A DNA stretch of 20,000 bases from Psammoneis japonica (lineage: Eukaryota): positions 803,707 through 823,706 of the forward strand of contig QPGO01000015.1 in NCBI GenBank assembly GCA_008632985.1, given 5' to 3'. Below the pieces are notes generated by a model. That model ran no database searches, was not told the origin of the DNA, and saw nothing but the letters and a program-made list of their open reading frames with translations. Made by a program: the position numbers and the translations under genes. Each line of letters starts with the position of its first letter. Position 1 is the stretch's first letter. Positions 11,355-20,000 of this stretch are shown here, piece after piece.

Positions 11355-11560
11355 GTCTAGAGTAGAGGGCCCCGTCTACTTCTGCTCTATCTCTACAATA
11401 GTACCGGGCTATTCTCTCTCCACAATACTAGTAGCTAGTTGCTAAGCTAGCTACTTGAGCTAGCTATGAACCAGTAGTAGCTACTTCTACTCGCTTTCTC
11501 TAGAGCTATTCTCCAGTAGCTCTATTCTCTAGCTAGAGCTAGAGAGAAGGCCCTACTATC
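11355..11560. repeat. Low-complexity CTAG/TAG/AGCT-rich intergenic tract
   Basis: Dense interspersed tag/cta/ctag/agct words, e.g. tactagtagctagttgctaagctagctacttgagctagcta. No fixed period. Confidence 0.7.
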
Positions 11561-11678
11561 TGGTGCCGAGGTTTCTGCGAACTTGGACGGCCTATTCTTT
11601 CGCGATCGATCATGATCTCGCGTCGTTAAATGGCTAAGTAGTACTTCGGGCGTGCTGTAATCTTGCGTAGGAACTAGA

Positions 11679-13349
11679 TCAATCGAATGGATGCGATGCT
11701 TCCTTCTGAAGTCTGATGACACGCGACATAACTTCCCGCGCTTCGTCCGATACCGTGTTCAACAGCTTCTTTTTGCGACTTCTCCGCTCCACTAGCTGCT
11801 CAATCTGCTTGTCCGACGGCTTCTTCCCGTCACTGGGAAGCCCTGGCACTTCACTGGTTACAAAATCGAACTCGTTTCGTTGGTCGTCGTTTTCAAAAGG
11901 ACAGTCCTCCAGCAACCTTCGTATTTCCTCCAAAATTTCACTCTTGGAAGTAAAAGTCAGAGATGTTGCACCCAGGCTCACTTCTGCGCCTCTATGAGTC
12001 TCAGTATCTGTTGATACTACCAGCGTGCGTCTTCCTCGAGCACCTTTATTTGGTATTCGACCACCGTTCGAGCATTCCCACTCCAAGACACAACCGATTG
12101 GTAAATGATCGCTTGGCATGATTTTACTTGGAAGTCCACTCTCCAGAATACACCGCCGTTCGTCATCAGAACGCAACATTTTCTTCAACGCAGTAACATG
12201 AAGGGTAGAGCCACTGTACCAAATCTGATCCAAACCTGCAACAGGGTGCCCTGGTCGTGCAGCGTACGTAAAGTGCTCCCTTGGATTTTCTCGACCTAAA
12301 GCACTTGGAAGGCCGACGTCATGTTGTTTTCTTTATATGGGTGAGATGGGACCGCCTCAATCTCCGAGCCAGGCACGGGCGTGCCCCACTCCATAATGGG
12401 CTCGGTCACTTCAAGCTCGGTTTCGTATTCAAGAATGACACCTGGCAGTGCGAGAGCCATATCACCGGACACGTGCGAGATTCTTTGCTTCTTGTGTTGT
12501 GGAGGACAATAGCCAACTTTGAGGTAGGTAGTACATGCTGACGACTGCAGTTCGCAGTTGAAATCTCCACAGACGATCAGCCCGTTCAACACAGCGTGAC
12601 GCCTCGACAAATCTCTCATTGCATGGTGAAGCTGACGAACACGAGCAGAAGACTTCAGTGGGTGTCCTTCCAAATGACAATTGACCACCGCCACGTAAGA
12701 GGAGTTGGTGTTACCGCCGTCGCTATTCTGCTGGAGAACCGTAGCCAGAGTGCGGCTGCGTGCAAGATACTCGAACTTTGAGACTGGCTGAAATCTTGCA
12801 GCTTTCCAAAACGTAGCAACCAAATGAGCTCGGGGAGACTTTTCCGACTTTCTCTTTCTGCTATCTTTTACTCTATCGTCTCCCTGGATAATCGATTCAT
12901 ACCCCATGGACGTCAAAGCGGGCGCAATGTCCCTCGTGAAGGCTTCTCGCTCCACCTCTTGGAGGCAAACAATGTCTGCTCCGGCATCTTCAATCATATG
13001 CAGGATCCTTCGACAGCGATCAGGCCATGTTAGTCCTTTGGCGTCCTTTGGCGTCCTTTGGGATGTGTTCATAGAACGTTCGGGTTTGTCTGCTGTTGTC
13101 AAAGAGTGCCTGGGAAAGTATGTTCCAGCTCATAATCGACAGCGGCCCTGCACCTTCTGCGCTTCGTGCGTCCAATACGAGGTTATCCACCCAGTTAAGC
13201 GCCTCTTTCTCAGAATATCTGACAGCTTTATATCTTGAAAGTAGCTTTCCTTTATGATCGTGTTGATAGGACACGAAGCACCTTGATTTCGGGGGTAGTA
13301 TGAGCGAGAGTGCAACGGTCACGAAGCCGAACTTGATGTGAACCATCAT
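11679..13349 (-). pseudogene. EEP-superfamily (CCR4/nocturnin/PDE12-like) nuclease/phosphatase broken by two frameshifts (disrupted allele or assembly error)
   Basis: Motifs SIMSWNILSQ, DIVCLQEV, VVNCHLEG, IVCGDFNC, LDQIWY and MPSDHLPIG are spread over three ORF pieces. The breaks are a 10-bp tandem duplication at 13033-13062 and an apparent 1-bp deletion at ~12307. Confidence 0.85.
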
Positions 13350-14206
13350 AATATATTGAAGATGTGCAGAGGTATCCAAGACAAAAGACAGCGAAGATCA
13401 CAGGTTGATCTCGTCTTCATTCAAGAGGTTGTTTATCCGCCATGGCGGCGGCGGCGCTAGCGTACGCACAGCACAAACAACAGAGAAAAGGGAAAGTAGC
13501 GCCAAATCAAAAAAGATACACGGAGATGAAGACGGTATCTTCTTCAATCTTGCCGCGCTTTTGAGTCGCGAGTTTGGTAGCGATCCCAGTCGTGAAGAAA
13601 TCACTTTCTCACTCTTCTACGTACAACAACTGTTTGGTTGTAAGATGAGGAAAGAGAGTAAAGTTCCGGCAACTCGAAAGGGCCATTTGCAAAGGATTGG
13701 ATAGCTCAAATATCCGAGTCGAAGTTAGGGCAGCAGCCACTGGTATTGCGATTTATCCCACAGGAGTTCGGTCGATGCAAGTACTTCTATCTATGGTAGT
13801 TGTGTATCCTCGCTGGCGGCTGCTCGCATGTGGCACAAACAGCAAACAAGGTACGATGAAGAAATAAGTAATGAGAAGTGATATTTGCTATTGGTCGGCA
13901 GATACTGGCACACATTGAAGAGATTGCCAGAATAGACCCATCGCGTGGAGAGACACGAAAGCACGGTTGTAACAGCTTTCCTCTGTCTAAAGAGAAAAGC
14001 TCTGAAGCAAAGGTTACACTCTCGCATCTCTTTGAGAGAGCAAGTGCGTTGACCGACACGATGACGACACCAGTGTGGTACTTAAGGTATACCGGTAGCT
14101 AGCTTCAGACTCGTGTAACAACTGTTATCCGAATGGAACTTCCCATGGTCACCGTCATCAAAAGGATCATTATGAAAGTGTCCTGTATTGCAATTAATGA
14201 GCTACT

Positions 14207-15519
14207 CTAATACCAACCATTCTGTCTCCTTCGCCGACCATATGCACCACGGACGGCGCCATATCCGAGTCCAGCAAGACCCATGTGTCTCATGCCTCGT
14301 CCGCGATTCCCTCCAACGGCATTGATCACCACAAGAGCCGTGAACGGATTTATATTATTCTTGTGGCAGATATAGACAATGCCACCAATAAAGAGGATTG
14401 ATGTGAAACTTCCGTCAAAGAGGTGGGAAAAACCAAACGAAGGTCGCGTATTGCGACGTCTTGGACGATATTGATATTCATAGCCATCCTGATAGTCGCC
14501 ATAAACATTCCGCCGTTGCTCACTATTCGACCCATAATGGCTATTTGTTCGACCATGGAAGCGATCATAGGCATTTCCTCTCTCATAATTGCCTCTGTTC
14601 TCATGATTGTTCTTCCCGAAAAAGTAATCCATGCCAAAACGCCCACCAAATGCAACGTAAAGGACAATGATTACCACCAACACCCTGAGAAAGGTTTTTA
14701 TGTCCTCAGGTTGTCCATCATACCACGCAACAGCACGAGAGATGCCAAACTTGATCCGATCTGACAAAGTAAACGATTCGTCAACAGTATTCTCTCGCAA
14801 AGGATCGTCAACACCATCATAATCAGGTGGCGCAGTAGCTGTGCCACCGCTGCTGGCCATGTTGTCACTTGAAGCACGATAGGAGGTCGCTGGTGATCTA
14901 ACACTATCTTCATCATCCTCTTCAGGTGGGGCAGACGGAACGGGATGGTGACGGTCACGTCGTAACTCACGCATCAACATCTGTCTTGCAGTCGGATTTC
15001 CGGGATCGAGTGCTAGAGCACGCTGTAGTTCGTTACACGCATCATTCGAATGACCCCCAAGCTCGATATAGGCAGAGGCAAGTCTGATGTGTGCCTTTGC
15101 CCATGAAGGATTTAAGGCTATGCACTGAGAAACCCAAAAGCGAACGAAATTCTTGAGCTTGACACCACGTGTCGTTTTCAGACGTGGACATCAGAACAAT
15201 CAATACGTACCTGCTTCGCTTCCTCGACAGCGGCTTCTGCTTGAACAACTCCTCCTAACTTGAGACGACATGCAACTAAACGAAACGAAAAGATTAGAAT
15301 GGCTACAGTGCAAGACATGGTGAGGATGTACAGAAACATACCAACGTTTGACAGAATGACCTGACGCTCCGAGGTTGGAATGCCGTACTCTGGGTTCAGC
15401 GCAGCTCGATATGAAGCCAAAGCTTCCAAATATTCTCCTCTTTCAAACTGAGCCTTCCCAAGGTCCTTGTGTCCTATCCATGTATTTGGTGTAGACTGTG
15501 ACGGCGGCGGGTTCCTCAT
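14207..15519 (-). CDS. TPR-domain protein with C-terminal hydrophobic (TM) segments and an Arg/Gly-rich tail; 3 exons (15519-15342, 15275-15211, 15124-14207), 386 aa
   Basis: TPR helices [68 protein letters not shown] and LQRALALDPGN. GT-AG introns give an in-frame product. Hydrophobic stretches FLRVLVVIIVLYVAFGG and FTSILFIGGIVYIC. Confidence 0.88.
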
Positions 15520-15620
15520 GGTCGTGGCTTGAACGAAACGAAAGAAAGTGAGCGAGAGCTCGAGCGAGAAAAACGCGATAGAGAAAAAGTACCAAGGGAA
15601 TCACGTACTTTTCTACATAC

Positions 15621-16061
15621 TGAGAAAGTTGGTGCATTTCGCAGTACATACATTAGTTCGTTTGTCTGACAGTTTCAACATCGATGTGCTTCATAGACGG
15701 AACCCGGACGCTGAATTGCTGTGACCCTCCGGAGCCAGAATTTTTTTACCACGACAAAACCACGGCCTCTGACGACAGTCACGAGTCAACAACCGAGTCT
15801 GATTCACGGATGACGCTCCCGGTCATGGATCTCTTCTTCCGGAAGAAATGTCCGTTGAGTCTTCTAGCGATAGTAATCGGAGTGACACACACGACCGTTA
15901 GGTCATAATGTCATCTCCAATCCCTCGTGAGATCTTCTCACAATTCGTATCTTTAGCGTATCTTATTGTCCCAAACCCACTTCTTATCATCCTCTGTTGC
16001 ATTGTACAACCTCAAGAGAGTCCTGAACTCTCCATCCTACACAGTGCATTGTTGTATCCCA
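15621..16061 (+). repeat. Putative 5' LTR of the copia element
   Basis: Starts TGAGA and ends TCCCA (near-inverted TG..CA ends), followed by a PBS-like TGGTTACGACCCCA. The second LTR is not in the window, so the start cannot be verified. Confidence 0.45.
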
Positions 16062-16063
16062 AG

Positions 16064-16077
16064 TGGTTACGACCCCA
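16064..16077 (+). promoter_or_regulatory. Putative primer-binding site
   Basis: TGGTTACGACCCCA lies 2 nt after the CA end of the putative LTR and resembles copia-type (T)GGTTA.. primer sites. The cognate tRNA was not identified. Confidence 0.5.
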
Positions 16078-16146
16078 ATCCACGCACCGGCATCAACTCG
16101 CAACGGAGTTGCTGCCACTCGTTCGTCTCGTTACAGACGACATCCC

Positions 16147-16202
16147 ATCCAACGGCAATCTTCTATGTCGCAATCCAACGGCGATCATCTGTGTCGCAAT
16201 CC
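16147..16202 (+). repeat. 26-bp tandem repeat (2 copies plus 4 bp) in the copia 5' leader
   Basis: atccaacggcaatcttctatgtcgca / atccaacggcgatcatctgtgtcgca. Confidence 0.85.
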
Positions 16203-16243
16203 CCACCCACTAATCGATCCTCTGTGTCGAATCATCCACAACC

Positions 16244-19200
16244 ATGTCCATGGATCCTGATGCCGTCAAGATGTTTGCTGAGGCCTTTGCCAAGATGCAA
16301 ACCTCGACCAACCCTCCTGCGATCCCCACGCCGCTTCGCGGCGGCATCCACCACTCTCATGGAGTGCATCTGGGTGGTTCGGCTCTGAACAACAAGTGCG
16401 AGCAGACCGACACCCGCACCTGCCGTTTTGCCTCGCAACGTCGCCATCCGAAAGCTGTCGACTCCATCGAGCGATCTCTCAGAGATCAACTCGCTTCGGC
16501 AACCACATCCAAGTTCAACGGCCAGATTGAGTTATCCAACAGTTCCAGCACTGAACTGGACAAAGACCACTTCGTCAAGACCATTCAGGACTCAATCGAG
16601 TCGCACGGACAAGAAACTTTCTGCCATCTCAAGAAAGTCGACGGCAAGGTCGTGTGCCTTTTTGATCATCTTCACGCCTTCACTGTCAAAGACCTTGAGA
16701 AGGAATGTGAGACCCGTGTGGCGGCTACAGGTGACGAAGGCTATGATCAGTGTGAAATCGATGACATCGGCTTGTCACAACTCATCGTCAAGTCGTGCAT
16801 CACCGAAACCTTCCGTGAAAAGATTGAAACCAAGTTTAATCACTTGAAGAACCACAAGGATCTTCCGGGGTCTGTCTCATTTATGATGGCTCTGGACACC
16901 TGCAACGCCAGTGCTCTGGTTGACGTCAAGGCCGCCAAGGAAAAGTTGAACGACTTAACTCTGGATGGCTGCCCTGGCGAAGACTGCACCGAGCTTGCAA
17001 CCGAAGCTCTGCGCCTGCTCAAGATCATGCAGACGGACTGTGCGTCACCAGTTGAAACTGGGTCTGCCATTTTATCTAAGGCATCAAAGACATCCTCCGA
17101 GTTTTTCAATCGTCAAGTTTTTGCCAAGCTCGACTCCGTCAAGCGCTTGGAGCGCAAATGTCGCTTGCGTGACCCGGCAGAAGTCCCCAAGGATGCCGAC
17201 CACGCGGATCTTGGACCTGTTGGCCTTGTTGGCTGGATCACCAAGACCCATGGCGAACTCATTAGCGATGAAGATTGGCCTGCCTTAGCAGCCAAGCTCC
17301 CGGAATCCAACCTCGCCAAGGACAACTTGGAAAAGCATTGCTGCGGCTGTGGCAAGGTTGGGTGCACCAAACGCACGTGTCCCACCTGCAAGGAGCAATG
17401 CAAGAAGGACAAAAAGGGCGCGGCGGACAAGTCCAAGGATGACCCTCCGGATGTCCGGAAGACTAACCCTTCCAAGAAACCACCCAAGCCGGCCTGGCGT
17501 TTCGTTCACAAGGGTGCCACTGTCACCGACGAGAAAGGCACGACCTGGCACTGGTGCGACAAGTGTGTGAACAAGGAAACGGGCAAGAAGGGCATGCATC
17601 AAGGCCACTCCTCTGCTCAACACACCGGGAAACCGTCTGTCAACACCGACACCACCGCTGCGGCAAATTTATCTGCTGTGTCGGACCCCTCTTTGGGCAT
17701 TCCTTTTGGTCCTCCCGAGCAGACGACGTCTCCGCCTACAGACGAACCCTCTGACCCTGACGAGCTGGTTTATTGCGGCATGTGGTGTGCACCTGTGGAC
17801 GACTCTTTGAGTTCGACTCCAGTGACTACGACCGTCTCGTTCACTCCTGCTCCATCGGCCGAGAGGGAGACCACCGTGGCCAAACCCGCTCCCATCTTGG
17901 TTGAAACGGTTGACCCCGAAGACGCTGACGATTGCTCCGAGTGCTCCGATGCTCACTCCTCTTTTGACTCCCTACCGTCAGCTGTCGAGCTATTTCCGGC
18001 CTGTGCTGTGCACGAGATTCAAAATCCGGACGTGTTTTATGACACGATCGCAACTCACGTGGAAGGTCTGTCCGACGATGTGTTAGACGATCTCGTTTCC
18101 GGGGCAAGCATCCCACCTTTCGAAGACAGCTACGAGCACTTACCTCCAAGCACCCAGCATCGCGGTTTCGAATTTTACGATCCCGAACCCCAAGATGTTG
18201 ATTGTAGCGTCGAGGAGGCAACGCCGAGCTCTCGTCTTGAGCTTTTCTGGAACTTCTTGAAGCTCCGAGTTTTCTGGCTGTTTGCCATGTTCTGGGAAAC
18301 GGCACCACACATTTGCTGTGCGCCGATTCCTGTCTTACCTCGTCGCACACGCCGTAAGGCATTCATCCCAACCATTCACGGTTTCCCCTCTACCTGGATG
18401 GTGCTGACTGGAGCTGTCATGGTCTGGGCGTCTGTTTTCAACGGTCAGCTTCCCACGTGTCCATTCTCCAATGTCCCTTCTCGCTTCTCCAAAGCTAGCT
18501 CTCAGGTCCACTCGATCATTGAAGAACTGGACGATAAGACAGTGTTAGATCCGGGCAGTTTGGTGGAATACAACAAGATCAAGGCGCGACAAGTGCTTGC
18601 CGAATTTGTGGAACGCGATCCGGACCATTGTCTGAGCAAGAAATTCACGCAGCTCTGGGAGAACGACGCATGCTCTTCCCCAGGCCGCTGCATCCCTCCA
18701 GCTCTAGAAGACCTCGAGTCCTGCTTCGACACCTGTGATTCAGAGGAAGCCCTCGGCCCACTCCCGACCGAGCCGAGCCACTACTTTGATGCGGTTGAGG
18801 AGCTCTCTCCGGACTATTTTCGTTTCGACGAGCTGTCCACCAAGTTTGGTTTTGTGGACACCACTCCATGGCAAGACCCTGTGAAGCTTCTCCAGGCAGC
18901 TGCTGACGGAACCGAAGCCCATCCTACTCATACCTCTATGCAGGTGTTGACGGGCCAACGTTCTTTAGCACAACTCGCCGCCGACCCGCAAGCTTTGCTG
19001 AGCCCAGCACATGAGCGCCACACCGTCACATGCGACACTGGCGCATCCTCAGCCATTGCTTGCGATGAAAACGACTTTGTCGGACCTCTGACGATCCCTG
19101 ATGGCCCATTGAAGCTTGGGGGTCTAGCAAATGGCTTAACCATCGCCGGCATCGGACCCGTCTCCTGGGTTTTCCACAACGAGGACGGCTCTGAGCTTGT

Positions 19201-20000
19201 CGTCAAGACGATGGCGCACCATGTGCCTCAGGCCGGACAATGTCTTCTATCCCCACAATGCCTCTACAGCAAGGAACATGGCGTGACAGGAAAACATGAG
19301 GGAGACGAGGACTCATTTCGAGTGCANNNNNNNNNNNNNNNNNNNNNNNNNNNNNNNNNNNNNNNNNNNNNNNNNNNNNNNNNNNNNNNNNNNNNNNNNN
19401 NNNNNNNNNNNNNNNNNNNNNNNNNNNNNNNNNNNNNNNNNNNNNNNNNNNNNNNNNNNNNNNNNNNNNNNNNNNNNNNNNNNNNNNNNNNNNNNNNNNN
19501 NNNNNNNNNNNNNNNNNNNNNNNNNNNNNNNNNNNNNNNNNNNNNNNNNNNNNNNNNNNNNNNNNNNNNNNNNNNNNNNNNNNNNNNNNNNNNNNNNNNN
19601 NNNNNNNNNNNNNNNNNNNNNNNNNNNNNNNNNNNNNNNNNNNNNNNNNNNNNNNNNNNNNNNNNNNNNNNNNNNNNNNNNNNNNNNNNNNNNNNNNNNC
19701 CAGGCCAAGCCGTCAGCGTGGATCACTTCGAATCCCGTCTCCTCGGCCGAACCTGCGACTCCTGCGGGAAGGCCTCGTCCCAGCAATGCAAAGGAGGCTG
19801 CATTTTTGTGGATCATGCCTCCGGTTACCTGCACATTGAACACCAACTTGGTTTCTCTGCTGTGGAAACGGTGCGAGCGAAGCAAGCGTTTGAAAAGCAC
19901 GCGATGGACCACGGCGTCATCATCCAAGAATTTCTTACCGATTCTGGCGCTTTCAAGGCCAATGCTTTTGTGCAACACATGCGACAGCACGAACAACGTC
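16244..20000 (+). CDS. Copia Gag-Pol polyprotein, 3'-partial; frame open but missense-damaged
   Basis: Starts at ATG 16244 (MSMDPDAVKMFAEAF). Contains Gag with Cys knuckles CCGCGKVGCTKRTCPTC and WHWCDKC..H..H, protease DTGAS at 19034, LLSPQ, and integrase core PGQAVSVDHFES..IFVDHASG..LTDSGAF from 19700. All are in the same frame. The ORF is absent from the supplied track, consistent with no stop before the window end. Confidence 0.9.
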   Translation, partial: MSMDPDAVKMFAEAFAKMQTSTNPPAIPTPLRGGIHHSHGVHLGGSALNNKCEQTDTRTCRFASQRRHPKAVDSIERSLRDQLASATTSKFNGQIELSNSSSTELDKDHFVKTIQDSIESHGQETFCHLKKVDGKVVCLFDHLHAFTVKDLEKECETRVAATGDEGYDQCEIDDIGLSQLIVKSCITETFREKIETKFNHLKNHKDLPGSVSFMMALDTCNASALVDVKAAKEKLNDLTLDGCPGEDCTELATEALRLLKIMQTDCASPVETGSAILSKASKTSSEFFNRQVFAKLDSVKRLERKCRLRDPAEVPKDADHADLGPVGLVGWITKTHGELISDEDWPALAAKLPESNLAKDNLEKHCCGCGKVGCTKRTCPTCKEQCKKDKKGAADKSKDDPPDVRKTNPSKKPPKPAWRFVHKGATVTDEKGTTWHWCDKCVNKETGKKGMHQGHSSAQHTGKPSVNTDTTAAANLSAVSDPSLGIPFGPPEQTTSPPTDEPSDPDELVYCGMWCAPVDDSLSSTPVTTTVSFTPAPSAERETTVAKPAPILVETVDPEDADDCSECSDAHSSFDSLPSAVELFPACAVHEIQNPDVFYDTIATHVEGLSDDVLDDLVSGASIPPFEDSYEHLPPSTQHRGFEFYDPEPQDVDCSVEEATPSSRLELFWNFLKLRVFWLFAMFWETAPHICCAPIPVLPRRTRRKAFIPTIHGFPSTWMVLTGAVMVWASVFNGQLPTCPFSNVPSRFSKASSQVHSIIEELDDKTVLDPGSLVEYNKIKARQVLAEFVERDPDHCLSKKFTQLWENDACSSPGRCIPPALEDLESCFDTCDSEEALGPLPTEPSHYFDAVEELSPDYFRFDELSTKFGFVDTTPWQDPVKLLQAAADGTEAHPTHTSMQVLTGQRSLAQLAADPQALLSPAHERHTVTCDTGASSAIACDENDFVGPLTIPDGPLKLGGLANGLTIAGIGPVSWVFHNEDGSELVVKTMAHHVPQAGQCLLSPQCLYSKEHGVTGKHEGDEDSFRVXXXXXXXXXXXXXXXXXXXXXXXXXXXXXXXXXXXXXXXXXXXXXXXXXXXXXXXXXXXXXXXXXXXXXXXXXXXXXXXXXXXXXXXXXXXXXXXXXXXXXXXXXXXXXXXXXXXXXXXXXXXXXPGQAVSVDHFESRLLGRTCDSCGKASSQQCKGGCIFVDHASGYLHIEHQLGFSAVETVRAKQAFEKHAMDHGVIIQEFLTDSGAFKANAFVQHMRQHEQR
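19327..19699. other. Assembly gap (373 N)
   Basis: Run of N inside the copia pol. Confidence 1.

Larger units (their letters stand above)
15621..20000 (+). mobile_element. Younger Ty1/copia (CoDi-like) LTR retrotransposon, 5' part, running off the window
   Basis: Putative LTR, PBS-like site and a single gag-PR-IN frame in copia order (integrase directly after protease). The left boundary is tentative. Confidence 0.9.

Noticed and set aside
12296..13062. Programmed frameshifting or compensating frameshifts (+10 and -1) in the EEP gene
   Set aside because: A stop follows the first shift at 13020, and no slippery heptamer is evident.
13398..14102. Short ORFs in the EEP-TPR spacer (13398-13604 minus, 13405-13704 plus and others)
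   Set aside because: No recognisable domain or convincing splice structure; treated as intergenic/UTR. An upstream EEP exon cannot be fully excluded.
15276..15341. Read-through of the 66-nt in-frame stop-free segment as coding, as in the ORF track
   Set aside because: It has canonical GTATGT..TTTAG ends, and its removal restores a contiguous TPR helix, so it is called an intron.
16147..16230. CRISPR-like repeat
   Set aside because: Adjacent copies without spacers, eukaryotic retrotransposon leader, no cas genes.
19313..19996. 227-aa minus-strand ORF
   Set aside because: Antisense to the copia integrase and mostly N gap.

Overview
Eukaryotic genomic DNA, most likely a pennate diatom (inferred from compact genes with short GT-AG introns and CoDi-type Ty1/copia elements). 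It has three compartments. (1) 1-~9940 is a block of dead mobile DNA: a full-length decayed Ty3/Gypsy LTR retrotransposon (564-5603, minus), unidentified decayed coding DNA around it, and an internally deleted gag-only copia remnant (8497-~9945). (2) ~10000-15600 holds three minus-strand host genes: HPRT, a CCR4/nocturnin-like EEP nuclease with two frameshifts, and a TPR plus transmembrane protein. (3) ~15620-20000 is a younger copia element whose gag-pol frame is still open, with an N gap. The most striking signal is a transposon-restricted mutational signature. The old repeats have lost almost all TpA as well as CpG, both converted to TpG/CpA. The younger copia shows TpA->TpG/CpA damage (Tyr->Cys/His, Ile->Thr/Met, Leu->Ser) while keeping most CpG. 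Host genes are unaffected. This points to a RIP-like, TpA-directed A->G (T->C) hypermutation system acting on repeats; its novelty and mechanism cannot be confirmed from sequence alone.
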